A DNA stretch of 61,128 nucleotides, filler included, from Dugesia japonica (Eukaryota), in NCBI GenBank assembly GCA_001938525.1. It is 6 parts of 6 records of this genome, joined end to end, with 100 filler letters (N's around TTAATTAATTAA, not from the genome) between each part and the next. Parts side by side here need not be neighbours in the genome. Positions count along the whole stretch, not along the records: positions 32,694 to 43,488 come from MQRL01598060.1; positions 43,589 to 52,189 come from MQRL01632045.1; 4 more parts are not named here. One strand, given 5' to 3'. Positions 34,780 to 48,470 of this stretch are shown here, in pieces. Both the position numbers and the translations under genes were made by a program. The stretch's first letter is position 1; the number at the start of each line of letters is the position of its first letter. The notes beneath the pieces were generated by a model. The model was not told the origin of the DNA. It saw nothing but the letters and a program-made list of their open reading frames with translations, and did not search any database.

Positions 34780-35962
34780 CATATTTAAACCATAATGTTG
34801 ATTTTTTTAACCACAATAAGCAATGTCCCTAGGTTTTTACTCTGCATATATGCTGTATGGAATGTTTGGTTGTTACTTGTAAATGCTCTAGGTTTTTTGT
34901 TATTGCTGCTTGTTGTGTTATTATCTGTATATTTTTTATGAGCTTGTATATATTGTGTTTGTGTATAAAATGTTCCAAATCGAGATATTCAAATCGTGTC
35001 TAAAATGAAAAAACAATTAAACATTTTTGTCGACAATTGTGTCAAACTTGTTACTCCATCTGTAGATGGTGGTTTACTATATATATATGTATGTATAAAT
35101 AAAGATATAAATTTTAAGGTATTCAAATATACATTGTAAAAAGTGTTCATACTTGTGTCCATTGGACAAAGCCTGGTGAGTGGGGGTATTGCCACGCCGA
35201 TAATGCTGCCTCCTCCACTTATAGCGCTTGTGAATTTGATAAATTGATACTTAAAACGCTACGAGGAAGAGTAATACGCCTGTTCCCAAAATTATTGGGG
35301 GAATGCTTTTTATTATTTCACTTTCAGCTTCTGGATTTTTTGTGGTACCTCAAAGTTGCTGAATTTTATCCTTATAGTATTGATAATTTTTATTGTATTT
35401 GCTTAAATCGGAGTTTTGATTTCTTATTCTATAATTCATATGTTAATTTAAATTTTCTGGTCAATAATTTATTCTTTTAATCGGGTTTTGAGTAGAGTTA
35501 GGTATTTTATAGAATTTTGTGGGAGTTGATGTTGTCATTCGATTTATAGTTTTAGTCGTTTTTAACTCTTCGGGAGTTGATCTCTTTATTTGATTATTAA
35601 TTTGAGTTGTTTTAAATTCTTCGGGATTTATGTACCTAAAATATATTGGAAATGTTGTTAAAGTGATAGTTTCGGAAGCGCGAGTTACAAAATCTATTCC
35701 CCCTATCCAATTGATGGTAGATTTATATTTAGTGCTGGGTATTAATCCGATATGTTCAATGTATTTGCCCGAACCATTGAAATTTCCTCCTACTATGCAG
35801 GCATGTGGGTTCATAGAAGGTTTTCTGTAAAGGGATTTCGAATGTAAATTTATGTGAATATATACCTATTTCTACCATAGGTTAAGAGCCTTTTCTAGGT
35901 GATAAATACGGAAAATCGGCTGAACAGCTTGTTATGATTGATTATTATAGTACTACTGACAT
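34780..35962 (-). pseudogene. Candidate env-like third ORF downstream of integrase
   Basis: Signal-peptide-like MSVVLxxSIITSCSA, ectodomain-like NPHACIVGGNFNGSG..NWIGGIDF, a Thr/Pro-rich repeat and later hydrophobic stretches. Broken by stops and frameshifts. Confidence 0.4.
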
Positions 35963-38900
35963 GATCGGTAATGAACTTTGTGATTGTGATCTGTTATTAT
36001 ATTTGTGTGATTTTGGAGTTATCATTTTGGTTTCTGCTAGTTTGCACCTATTAAATGCGACTACTGTAGGCTCATTATTTTTATTCTTTATCACTTGTAG
36101 GCTTGTATCTGTTACCTTCACTACTTTGAAAGGTTTTTTAAATGGTCTGGCCAGTTTGTTTGTTAAACCCTTTTTTGAATTTGGAGTTTTTATCTGCTTT
36201 TTATCTCCAACTTTAAATTGATGTGGTTTCGCATTTTTGTCATAATAAACTTTGTACGGTTCTTGTTTGAATTTTACTCTCAATCCAGCTTGTTTATACA
36301 CTTCATGTATTGTTTCTTGCATTTTTGTAATATAATCCGGATTGTCCATATATTGTTATACAATAGGCTCGAATCTATCGGGTTGTGATTTTCTCTCAGG
36401 TACATTAAATAAAATGGTGAATATCCAGTTGCTTCGTTTTCTGTTGTATTATGAGCGAATAATGCTGGTTTAATAAGTAAATTTCAATCGTTTTGATTTG
36501 TATTGACAAATACTGATAATCTGTTGCATAATGTACTAGTACATCTTCCTACAAGACCGTCTGTTTGTAGACGGTATAATGAAGTATTTCTTTTTTTGAA
36601 TATTGAACATTTCATTGAATCTTTTAACTGTTTCGCTTAAGAAATTTCTACCTCTGTCCGGCAATAATTTTTTGGGTGCTCCATATTAAAAAAAAAATTT
36701 TTCCACTAATAGTTTTGCGACTTTTTCGGCTGACTCGTCTTTGGTGGGGAATGCTTCAGCCCACTTTGTAAAATAATCGCTAAATACNCAAATATGTTTA
36801 TTGCCTTTTATTGTAGTTGGTAATTTGCTTAGGAAATCCATAGCACATATTTCCATTGGTGAACTTAGTACTGGTATTGGATGAAGTGGTACTTTTGTTT
36901 TTATTCTAGTGTGCTTTCTGGTTGCGCATATTGAACAAGCTTTACACCATTGTTTTACATCTTCCTGAAAATTTTGCCAATAATATTTCTGTAAAATTCT
37001 AAATGCTGTTTTTCTACTTGATAAATCGCCACCAAGGGTACCATCATGTTTTTGAAGAAGTAACATCTACTTTAATGAATCAGGGACAACCCATAAATAT
37101 TTTCCTATATTGTCATATACAAGTAGATTCTTGTATATTTTATACTTCGTATTTTCGTTGAGATTATTTCGTATTGATTTGATGATTTTATCCTTTTTTT
37201 GTTCGTTTAAGAAAGTTTTATCATTTGTTCCTTCAGTTATTATACCCATTAATTCTATTGTTTCTACGTCTTTTATATTAGGAATTCTTGATAATGTATC
37301 AGCATTTCTGTTAGCTCTTCCGGGCTTGTATTTAATTTATATATTCACATCCTGGATTTTCATAGCCCATTTTAATATTCGGCTGGATGTATCTTTGTTC
37401 TTTCAAAGACCTTCAAGTGGTTTATGATCTGTTCGTATGGTAACTTCTGTTCCATAGATAAATGGCCGAAATTGTTTCAATGCGTATATTATTGCATAAC
37501 ACTCCTTTTCAATTGTTGAATATCTAGTTTCTGCTCCTTTTAACATTTTACTTGCATATGCGAATGCAGTCTTTATTTTTCTCTTCTTGTCTGAGAACTG
37601 CTCCCACTGCGTATCCGCTTGCGTCTGTCATAATTATAAATGGTTTGTCGAAGTCTGGGTATCTCAATATTGGTGCTATTATTAATTTTTCTTTTAATAT
37701 ATCAAAAGCTTTCTGTTGATTGTTTCCCCATAGTTTTTGTATTTTGCTGAGCTTTCGTCGATTTTCTCAGTGATCATCACATTTTTACTTTCTCCTTTTG
37801 TTTTTAAATCTTTTGTTAATTTCACTAGCGGGGCAGATATTTTAGTAAAATCCTTTATGAATCTTCGATAATATCCAACTAATCCGTTATAACTTTGTAG
37901 TTGTACTGTTTTTGGTATTGGGAAATTCTTTACTGCTTATATTTTATCTGGATTTGGTTGTAAACCTTTTGATGAGACAATATGACCTAAAAATAATAAC
38001 TGTTTCTTTGCAACCTAGACATCATATTTTCTAAGTTTATTAAATGCTGCTCAAATGATTCTGACGCAATCAAATTATCGTCCATATATACTATTACATG
38101 TTCCACATCTATTAGTACTGTATTCATCAATCTCTGAAATGAGGCTGGTGCGTTTGTTAAACCAAATGGGATTCTTGTAAACTCGTATAACCCATCTTCG
38201 GTTACAAATGCAGTCTTTTCTCTATCCTGTAATAGCACGTTAAGACCATAAAAACCTTTATTGGCGTCAAATATAGCGAACCATAGTGCTTTACTTAATT
38301 TATTAAATTGCTCTTGTATTTTCGGGAAAGGATGCGTATCCTTTTTAGTATCTTCGCTTAACTTTCTATAATCTAGACACATTCTGATTTTTCCATCTTT
38401 TTTCTTTACTGGCACTACCGGTGATGCTCATAAAGAGAAGCTTTGTACTATTATTCCATTGTCTTTTAATTCTTTTATTTGTCATTTGACTTCCTCTCTT
38501 AATTCATATGGTGCATGGCCTTTGTTTGATGGGCTTGGCACTACCAGTGCCAATGGCGTGTTGTATAATATCTGCTTCACTCATATAAAATTCATGATTT
38601 GCTAAAACATCTTCATATTTATCTATTAGTGCTTGTAGTTGCTGTCGCTGACGCGATGTTAAATTGCTTGAAGTTATTTTGGTTTTATCGTAAACTTTTG
38701 TTTGCTTAGGTATGATTTTATCATAAATTAGTGTTTCTTTTACTATTTGCTTTTGTTGTATAGGGTTATTATCATTAATGGTAATTTCATTTATTTCACA
38801 GTCCTCGTTTTTTATATATAGTTTACCTAATTTCATACCTGGGAGAAAATTAACATCTTGATTATTATAATTGGCGATTCTTATAGGCATGTTTCCATCT

Positions 38901-39350
38901 TTTGGTACAAAGCATCCGTGTACTATTGATATATTAAATTTTTTCTCTAATTGACTATTTGGTTCAAAAAAATAGGTATTTTCACTACGGAACCATAATT
39001 TTACAGGCATTATACTTTCGCATGAATATTCTATTTTTGCGTTGGACTTTAGATATAAATCTTTATTTACTTTTTCATTATTTACTGGAGCTGATTTTGA
39101 TAATTTAAATCCATAATAAATCCATTCCCAAAATACAATCTTGTACCCCTTGATCTACAACTCTGAATGGGTGTTGTATATTTTATTTTTCTATGGTAAT
39201 ATTACAGTCTATTATCCGTTTTATAGGTAATTTGTGACCCGTAAATGATTTTAATTCCTCTGACAGTCTCGTATCGAGATTCTCTTGTTGTTTTTTGTTA
39301 AGAAATATTTCTTTTATTATTGAGCATGCTGCTCCAGTATTAATGAAGTT
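35945..39350 (-). pseudogene. pol: Gypsy pol (protease, RT, RNase H, integrase)
   Basis: ORF fragments 38504-39010, 37987-38415, 36686-37066 and 35945-36349 carry the canonical motifs in Gypsy order. Confidence 0.93.
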
Positions 39351-40032
39351 ATGTTATATCCATTTATTGATATTATCATAATAGGTCTAGGAGTATCTCC
39401 ATTTATCACATATATGTCTTGCGATTTTTTAGGTGCGGTATATCTTATTGATTTTTCATTTTAAAAATTTGATTTTAACTCATTAAGTTTATGTGTTTTT
39501 GATTGATAGTGTTTATTATCATGTTTATCGAATTCTATGTTTTCATCTCTGTTTGATAAATCAATTATATATGGTTGATTTTGTCTTTCTAATTTGGTGA
39601 TTTGGTCGTGGGGATTTTGCATGATTAAATGTTTGACTATAAATGGGCATATGCATGCTGCTAATTTTCATGTAGTACCAAATACTGAATGTAACTGTTT
39701 TAGTGATATTAATTGGTGACATGCTAATTTTAATAATATCGACACATAATATATTAATAAAAAGAATGAAAATACACCACAGATTGCTTGTGCTTTGCCC
39801 AGACATTTATCAATAAAACCTTGTATGGCTCTTTTGTAGTGATCTACATGTAATAATGATTCAAAATTAATATCATCGGCTTGGCTTCCTTCATGAATTC
39901 AAATTTCGTTTCAATTTAAAGTCAGTTTTTTGTTTTAATTCTCAAAAGAAAATTTTATTTTAAAATTTTAATTTTAGTTTTGAACACTTGTATATTTGAA
40001 TATATATATATGTATATTTTATATGAATAAGC

Positions 40033-40050
40033 TCCTCACTCGGGGCACCA
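40033..40050 (-). promoter_or_regulatory. Primer binding site, probably elongator tRNA-Met
   Basis: TGGTGCCCCGAGTGAGGA lies 4 nt from the LTR end. It is complementary (17/18, from recalled sequence) to the metazoan elongator tRNA-Met 3' end ..TCCTCACACGGGGCACCA. Confidence 0.7.
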
Positions 40051-40257
40051 AATTTGTTGAGATGTCTTTGGGATTTCGCAAATGCAAATCAACGATTTTA
40101 ACGTGAGCTCTATTTATAAACTTAAATCCGTTTAATGTTCACTTATAAATAAACTGATAATTTTATTCTTATTGAACCTTATATGTTTAATATATATAAG
40201 ATATATANNNNNNNNNNNNNNNNNNNNNNNNNNNNNNNNNNNNNNNNNNNNNNNNNN

Positions 40258-40298
<41 letters not shown>

Positions 40299-41129
40299 AT
40301 AGTCGCCTTATACAAAATAAACGAGAATTTACTTTAACAATTTTTTTTATTAAAATCCAACAAATAATTTACAGAATTCAATTTAATATTCGCGTTATTA
40401 TTTTTATCTTATGGCCTGTAACTTTAGAAGTCTTTTTTAAGGTTTTAAATAATGATGCTAAAAATGAAATTACGCTCTCTATTTGTACTAGAGAGATACA
40501 TAGGTACATTATTGAAAAGCATAAATATTTATAAAAATATTATAATAATTCATTAGAATTTATAAACATTATTAAAAATTTTCTAATTATTTTTTTAAAT
40601 TTTATAGAAGTTATTTAAAAGTTTTACATAATAAAATCGGTAATATTACTTTAACACGATTAAAATAAAATCAATAATATAATGTTACATTAGTTTATTA
40701 TATCTAAAGTTGTTTATAATAGTTAAATTTGTACATCGAAACATAATCAATTAAAAGTAGTAATACAGTAATGGTAACATAATCAAATAAAAATAGCAAT
40801 ACAGTAAATAAAAATTTGAAAATTAATAAAATAATAATATCATAACAATTTAAAAATTCATAAAAAGTCAAATTAATTATCCATCATTAATTTTGTCCGA
40901 TTAATATCAATAATTGAATCATAATACGAGTTAATGGATCATCGTAAAAGTTAAATTTGATCGTAGATTGATTTGAATTTTGATCACGAATTGGTTTGAA
41001 TTATTGAATCGATTGGTGTTATGTTGAATTGAGTTGAATTATCCTGTGTAGGTATGTGTATGCATGATTTTATTTATAAATTTTGTTTGTATGAACTTAT
41101 GAGCTTTCCCTACCATTAATGTTATTTAT

Positions 41130-41600
41130 TTCGTTATGGGTTTTGATGACATCTAATGAAATTTAGATTTGCTATATAATAAAAATGTTTGATATATAAA
41201 GGTAAAATCCAACAATGACTGCTTGTATTTCCACCTGTATCATATATTGTTGGGATTTTTCGAAAGCAATCGATTTTGAATCATTGTAATTGATGAAAAC
41301 TGTGTCCTTTATGGGTTCTAAATCATTGGTTCAATTCTTTGGAATAATAAATTCAAAGTATTCATGTCTTTGGAAATGATATCTGAAATCAACACACTAT
41401 ACGTAGATTATGTTATCTTCACAGGCTCCTAAATGAAAATATTAAATAATGAAAGAAAATAAATACAATTACTCGAAACATATATACTATTGATCTCTTA
41501 AGTAATTTCATTTGGATTCCATAAAATTCCATAGGCTGTCGGTAATCATAACATTATCTTTTGTTAACCCAATACTTGGTTGCATATTTAAATAATGCAA
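41130..41600 (-). pseudogene. Decayed host-type exons, unknown product
   Basis: GTAATT..TTTAG intron (~41429-41472). The frame GACEDNIIYV*CVDFRYHFQRHEYFEFIIPKN*TNDLEP..HCWILPLY contains stops. Confidence 0.3.
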
Positions 41601-41989
41601 ATTTAATAAATGTTTTTGCTTTTATACTCAGTGTTGATAAGCAATTATTCCATAGTTTGTATGTATGCTTTTATTGGCTGAAATTGTGTTACTTCGATTA
41701 TTATCATGTTTTGTTTGGTATTTCTTTGTTAAAACAATATAAGTGCAATACAAACGCAAAACCACTGCAAGTTTAACAAAGCATTTGCAACTTTTTGATA
41801 AGTACTAATGGTTAATGTAATGTTTACGTATTTATTATTTCTTTATCAAATTGTACAAGAATAAATATAAAAAATAAAAAATTTCGGCATTTTTCTTGTT
41901 TTTGAAATTTCTTTGTTTAATAACATTTTATGATGATGCGAAATGAAAAACGTTTACATATCAAATTGACTGTCATATAATTGCGCGTC

Positions 41990-43456
41990 TTTTAAAATTA
42001 TGTTCGTCGCGAAATTGTGTTTCTACTTGACTCTTTCCTGAATAAACAAAGTTCCTTTGTTCCTATTTTACACTTTTTATAAGTCCTTGATCTGATCCTG
42101 CTAATGCTTGTTCATCATATCTTTGTGATATATTATTTAAATTGTTAGCTTGCACTTTTTCTGGTAATACATCTTCTGATTTTGGTCTACTCTTTTACTT
42201 TTTGTAATTTGATGCCTTGTCTTTAAATATTTTTTGTCTTGGTACTTCACCTCTTATATTGTTTGAGGTTGATGGTCTTTCATCTCTTGAACTCGATGCT
42301 GGTAGTTGTTTTGTTTCATTGTCTTGCTGACTCGCTCTTTCCTCTTCAACTTTATCTGCTTGTGTCATAATGCTCAAAATTTCTTCCATAGACTGTTGTT
42401 GATCATTTGTTAATGCTTGTGATATATGTTTCATTATCGTTGCTTTTATGATATTGATATTACTTGGAATAATTTTGTATTCTATTAATGCTTTATTTTC
42501 GATCAACTCTGTATTGTTAAACGATACTTGTATCACGCCTTTATTTTGCAACACCACTGGCCAATCTCTTTACTGGTTTATGTAATTTATTCGTTTTTGT
42601 ACATGCATGCATTGGTAACTCTAACACTGTTAGAGAAAAATCATCTTGTCCTGCTATGACTTTGATATTTAGTGATTCTTGCCAGGTTTCATTTTTCATT
42701 ACATGATCACTATAATTTTGGAAAATTTCATCTATTGCATCAATATTTTCATTTATCTCTATCTTATTTCGATGTTTTGCTAACGTGATTTTTATTGGTT
42801 TGATTTTTTGAAAATTGATAGAATATTCGTTAATATCATTTAAATATTGCAGTAATCTAAGTTCGTTAGTTCTTTCTTTTGTTATTTCTAATCTGGCATT
42901 TTCAGTTAGTATTTCTTGTTTCTTTTCATCGATCGTATATAAATCCACTTCTATCGGTTCACACACACATATTTCATATTCATCTCTTTCTTGTTGTTTC
43001 ATCATTCGCTGATAATGTATTTTATATCTTTTAATTCAATTCTCATATTCTGATAAGCTTCATTGTTTACTATTTCAATATAATTAGATTCTCTTCTTTC
43101 TGGACTAAATGATACATCTTTTTTCAGAATACTTCTAGAATCATTTGGTTTGCTTCTACATACTCTTGCTATATGTCTGTATTTATTACAATTGCAACAC
43201 TTTATTTGCCTTTTGTTATTTAATTTATCTCTTCCTTCATTTGAGAAGTATGGGCTACTCTTTTTTTTCCTACTCTTTTTAGTTTGCTTTTCGCTTCAAT
43301 TCTCCTTGCTTTTGCTGTTAATACCTCTAAATATTTATATTCTGCTGCCATTAGAGCTTCTCGAATATGTTTATGTGCTCTATTCAGAAATTGAAACTCT
43401 ATGATATGACCAGTATTATCTCCTTTTCCAAAAGCTTGTTCTGCTAATCTTGTTAA

Positions 43457-43460
<4 letters not shown>
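41990..43460 (-). mobile_element. gag: Retrotransposon gag with CCHC knuckle and a long C-terminal extension; no pol follows
   Basis: KLTRLAEQAF and KCCNCNKYRHIARVCR (C-x2-C-x4-H-x4-C) at ~43155-43202, followed by ORF pieces 42541-43005 and 42195-42557. Confidence 0.65.
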
Positions 43461-43488
<28 letters not shown>

Positions 43489-43588
43489 NNNNNNNNNNNN
43501 NNNNNNNNNNNNNNNNNNNNNNNNNNNNNNNNTTAATTAATTAANNNNNNNNNNNNNNNNNNNNNNNNNNNNNNNNNNNNNNNNNNNN
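43489..43588. other. Artificial scaffold spacer
   Basis: N44-TTAATTAATTAA-N44. Confidence 0.95.
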
Positions 43589-46050
43589 TCAAAAATTCTA
43601 TTTCTGGTAGAATTTCGGCCCAGTCCTGAATTTATTTATCCTGTAAACTAATATGAATAGTATCTCTTATATTTCAAAATCTTCTTTCAATTATTCCATT
43701 ACTACCATGATGATATGGACTTGAGTATTGGATTTCACAATTAAATTCCTTAGCTAATTGTGGGAATAGATTTGATTCAAATGATTTTCCACAATCTGTG
43801 TGTATTATTATCGGTGCACCATATTACAAAATCCAATTACTTTTTAATAATTTAAAAGTGGTGTTTTCATCTTGAAGTGCAACTGGATTGAGAGATATAA
43901 ATCTACTGAATTTATCAATTATAGCTAAAATGTATTGTTTTCCATTTAACGTTTTCTTTAAAGGACCACAAAAATCAATATGAATGATTTCAAAGATGTC
44001 ATCAACTGAAATACTAATAATTTTTTCTTTTGTTTGAGTTGTTTGTGTTTTTCTTAATTGACAAATTTTACAACTTTGAGTAACCGCTTTTACAATTTCT
44101 TCTAAGCCTTCCATATCACAAATTTCACTTATATGAGCTGCCATTTTTCGAAATACTATATGACATAATGATTTGTGTTCATTTCTTACAAATAATTTTC
44201 TACATTCTAAAGGAATCCAAATTTTATTATTATTTGTCATTATGATACCATTAGAAAACTTAAATTTTGATTTCATTTCACCATTTTTTTAAGTTACCTT
44301 TGATTATATTAATTTCTTCAGAGTTTTCTTGCCATTTATTACTATTTGTTTTAAGCTCAATTGCTAAGATTTATTTTTTCATTTTCCCTTTTTTTGCGTC
44401 CTCATGATTCATTTGACATTGAATACATGTCTCGCAGTTATTTCTCAACATTGCGTCAGCGTTTTAATGACATTCTCCTTTTCTGTATTCCATAACCATA
44501 TCCAAACTACTTAAATAATTGATTAATGTCTGGAATTTTGGAGTAATCGGTTTTTTAGTATTAATCATAAAAGTTATGGCTTTGTGATCAGTTCGAAGTT
44601 TAAATCTTTTCCCGTATNNNNNNNNNNNNNNNNNNNNNNNNNNNNNNNNNNNNNNNNNNNNNNNNNNNNNNNNNNNNNNNNNNNNNNNNNNNNNNNNNNN
44701 NNNNNNNNNNNNNNNNNNNNNNNNNNNNNNNNNNNNNNNNNNNNNNNNNNNNNNNNNNNNNNNNNNNNNNNNNNNNNNNNNNNNNNNNNNNNNNNNNNNN
44801 NNNNNNNNNNNNNNNNNNNNNNNNNNNNNNNNNATAGGAGCCTTCATTAATTCTCGTTTCAAAGCTTCAAAACTTTGTTTACATTGATCTGATCAGATTT
44901 ATTTGTTTTTATTGTTTGTACAAGGTTTCTCTAGTGTTTTGAATAATCTTTAATAAATTTTCTGTAGTAAATTGTATGCCCTAAAAATCCACAAAGTTTT
45001 TACAAACACTTAGGTTTTTCAAAATCTTTAATTGCTTTTATCTTTTCTGGATCTGTTTTTAAACCATCTTTTGAAATGATTTGGCCCAGAAACCTAATCT
45101 CAATTTTCATATATACACATTTATCAGGACTTAGTTTTAAACCTGAATTTCTGATTTGATTAAAAACATTTTCCAATATTTTTGTATGCTCTTTCTCAGG
45201 TTTAGAAAATATCAGTATATCATCAAGATAAACAATTACTTCCTTCCTATTTAAGGGTCCTAACACTTTTTTCATTAATTTTTGAAATGTTGCTGGTGCT
45301 GCAGCTATTTCAAATGGCATTCAGTTGAAACAAAATTGACCAAACCTTGTAGAAAATGTCGTTTTGGATTTTGAACTTTCCTCTAATTCTACCTGGTAAT
45401 ATGTATTACCCACTTCTATCGTTNNNNNNNNNNNNNNNNNNNNNNNNNNNNNNNNNNNNNNNNNNNNNNNNNNNNNNNNNNNNAATGGTCTCTCCGTTAT
45501 ATTATTCAATAATCTAAAATCCAAGCAAATTTTAATGTCTTTTTTCTCTTTCTTCCAAACAAAAACTAATGGACTATTCCACTCAGAATCATATTTTTAA
45601 ATGATATCCTTTTTTTCCATTTGTAAAATAGCCTTATTTATTTTATCTTCTAAACGAATAGGTTGTTGCCTAGGATTCACTACAACTGAACCACCGTGGG
45701 TAACAATTTCATGTTTTAATAGTGTTGTCTTACCTACATCCCATTTATTTTTCATAGACATTTCTGAAAATCGTTCAATTATATCANTAATATTTTTATT
45801 CACTTCATTTTTAAAGTTCATAGTTTTTATTTCAAATATTTCTTTACCAATATAATTTAGCATTTATAATTTGATATTAAATTTAAATAAAAAATCGATT
45901 CCTGCAATGACACTAGAAGAAATATTTTCTGCAACATAAAACCTAATATATTCTGTTTGATTATTAAGTGTAATTTTTAACATAATACTTCCTATTATTT
46001 TAAGTTGACTTTCATTAGCACAAGTAACATTAACATATTCACTTTTAATT
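43589..46050 (-). mobile_element. pol: Degenerate Ty3/Gypsy pol (PR end, RT, RH, IN), same family as 1325-2748
   Basis: SEWNSPLV, CLDFRLLN, MPFEIAAAPATFQ..VYLDDILIFS, RTDHKAITF, IHIDFCGPL..DKFSRF. Aligns closely with 1325-2310 on the opposite strand. Confidence 0.93.
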
Positions 46051-46127
46051 CACGGATGATTGAGCTCCTATTTTTATCACTTCCCTTCGTACCCTTCATA
46101 AATAATTTTCGACTCTCTTTTAAGGAA

Positions 46128-46420
46128 TATTTGGCTCTGCTTTCATTTTCTTGTAATAAATAACTTTCAACTTTCTTTCACATAACGTTTGCCTGTGATT
46201 TCATTTTCTTATAATAAGTAATTTTAATTTTCTGTAAAGAGATTTTTGACTATGTTTTCATTATCCTAAAAAATTATTTTTTACTTTCCTTCACAAAATA
46301 TTTGGCCGTAATTTCATTTTCTTGTAATAAATAACTTTCAACTTTCTTTCACATAACGTTTGCCTGTGATTTCATTTTCTTGTAATAACATATTTCTTTG
46401 CAATCGTTTGGCTCTGCGAT
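46128..46420. repeat. Tandem duplication (~85-bp block, ~171-bp spacing) built from TTTCATTTTCTT.TAATAA subunits
   Basis: TTTCATTTTCTTGTAATAAATAACTTTCAACTTTCTTTCACATAACGTTTGCCTGTGATTTCATTTTCTT occurs twice. Confidence 0.8.
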
Positions 46421-47378
46421 CATCATTTATCCATATGGCACTGGAGTTATAATAGAGTTCTTCTTTATATCCATGTATTATCTTCGTGACAATAAATCAA
46501 TTTTTAATTGTAGCCAAAAATAGTAAAACTTTTTTTTTAAAATTTCTTGATTCGCAAAAGAAAATCCTTGAAAAGTAATAATCATGTAGCCTTTAATATA
46601 ATACCACGACTAACGCTTGACATGCTGTTGGTTTATGAGAGTCACCGATACAAACATACAAACTCCAGTTANNNNNNNNNNNNNNNNNNNNNNNNNNNNN
46701 NNNNNNNNNNNNNNNNNNNNNNNNNNNNNNNNNNNNNNNNNNNNNNNNNNNGGTTTCCTCAAGAACTTGATTGACATACAATTTGGTTTTCCAAATCTTC
46801 AGCAGCCCTTTGGTAAGGATCTTAATTTTTATCTGATTATCGAACTAATCATCATTTCATTTAATTTTGGAAAAACGAGACAAAGCAGGTGACTGGGGGG
46901 ATTCATATATTGTTAATTAACAAAAATTATAATAAAAATAATTTTAAAACAGAATTTTCTTTTTATTATAGTAATAAAATAATGTCGTAGAGACCTCTTT
47001 ATTTATATTATAGTATAGTTTTATTGTTATTCTTAGTATATATTTTTTAATAAAATTCATCTCATAAATAAATTAAAATATTTTTGGTGGATTTCAAATA
47101 TATAATTATATAATAATTTATTATAATAATAATCTAATAATATAATTATATATATAATAATAATAATCTAATAATATAATTATATATATAATAATAATAA
47201 TATAATTATAAAATAATTATATAATGATGATAATAACAATAATACAGATAATGATAATAAATTCTCTGGCCCAGCACTATTTATTTCTCTACACATTTTC
47301 TCTCAATTTCCATGCTTTTCTTATTTACTTTCACTCTTTTTATATGCTTTGTCTCCGGTCATATGTGTTCTAGCCCAA

Positions 47379-47433
<55 letters not shown>

Positions 47434-47498
47434 NNNNNNNNNNNNNNNNNNNNNNNNNNNNNNNNNNNNNNNNNNNNNNNNNNNNNNNNNNNNNNNNN

Positions 47499-47540
<42 letters not shown>

Positions 47541-48249
47541 TTCAGATGAGTTTGCAATACTAATCGGATAACTAATTTCAAAACTCATTTCCGTAAAAGA
47601 TTTATTCACAAAACAAAACTATATCCAACACTATTTGTTTATTCAAACAAATTAAAATTCTGTTTTAGTTGTAGATCATTTTTCAATTTATTAAAATTTG
47701 AGATAAAAATTTTACTTTATTATTAAATCTTAATTTAAAATATTTTCAAAATTTAAAAAAAGTAATTATTTGTTATTGAAAATGACTCCAATAGTTTTCG
47801 AATTTTATATTATTCATTATTATTTATTTTCAGCTATCAAACGCATCACTTAGCAAACAAACAACAAAACCAATTCCAATTGATGTCAAATACATTAATG
47901 TTGGATTTAGTTTCGCAAAGAATTCGTGTAAAATTCTATCAACAAATTTTTGTAGAAATATAATATTTGAATATTTTTTTAATTTAATTTTAGTTTTCCA
48001 ATATGATAAGGAAAAATTGGCATATGTAGACAACTCCCAATTTTTTATTGTAAAATTGAAAAATGCCAATAATACACAATACAAAAACGGAAAACTGGAT
48101 TATGTAAATTTGATAATAACTAGTTAATAATATAGATATCATTGAACATAAATATGTCTGTACACAAAATAAATAGTTGAAATATTATTTTAAAAAAATA
48201 TTTTCATACATTAATTTTAATAAAATGGTATGCATTTTTATTTAAAAAT

Positions 48250-48470
48250 TGATAGAACAGAACATCTACCGCATTATAAGTGCTACTGTTCAGAAAGGTT
48301 CTATCATAATGAGTAATGAATGGAAAGGTTATACTAAATTATCGAATGATAAAAATTACATTTAAAAATTACAGTTAACCACAAATTACTATTTATTGTC
48401 AAAAATAGTGGTGCCAATACACAAAGAATAGAGTTGATTTGGGGAAAACTGAAAATTAAAATTGTAAGTA
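48250..48470 (+). mobile_element. Merlin (IS1595/ISXO2-like) DDE transposase fragment
   Basis: VQKGSIIMSNEWKGYTKL..TVNH..SGANTQRIELIWGKLK matches GSxIxSDEWxGY..VNH..GAxTQxIExxW. Confidence 0.82.

Larger units (their letters stand above)
34780..40373 (-). mobile_element. Near full-length degenerate Ty3/Gypsy element: 5' LTR, PBS, partial gag, PR-RT-RH-IN, and ORF3
   Basis: The LTR ends ..ACA at 40055, followed by a PBS. PR FINTGAACS, RT RMCLDYRKL..PFGLTNAPASFQR..YMDD, RH TDASGYAVGAVL..RTDHKPL, IN H..C..C, AMDF, GRNF, GLVGR. The outer boundaries are approximate. Confidence 0.9.
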
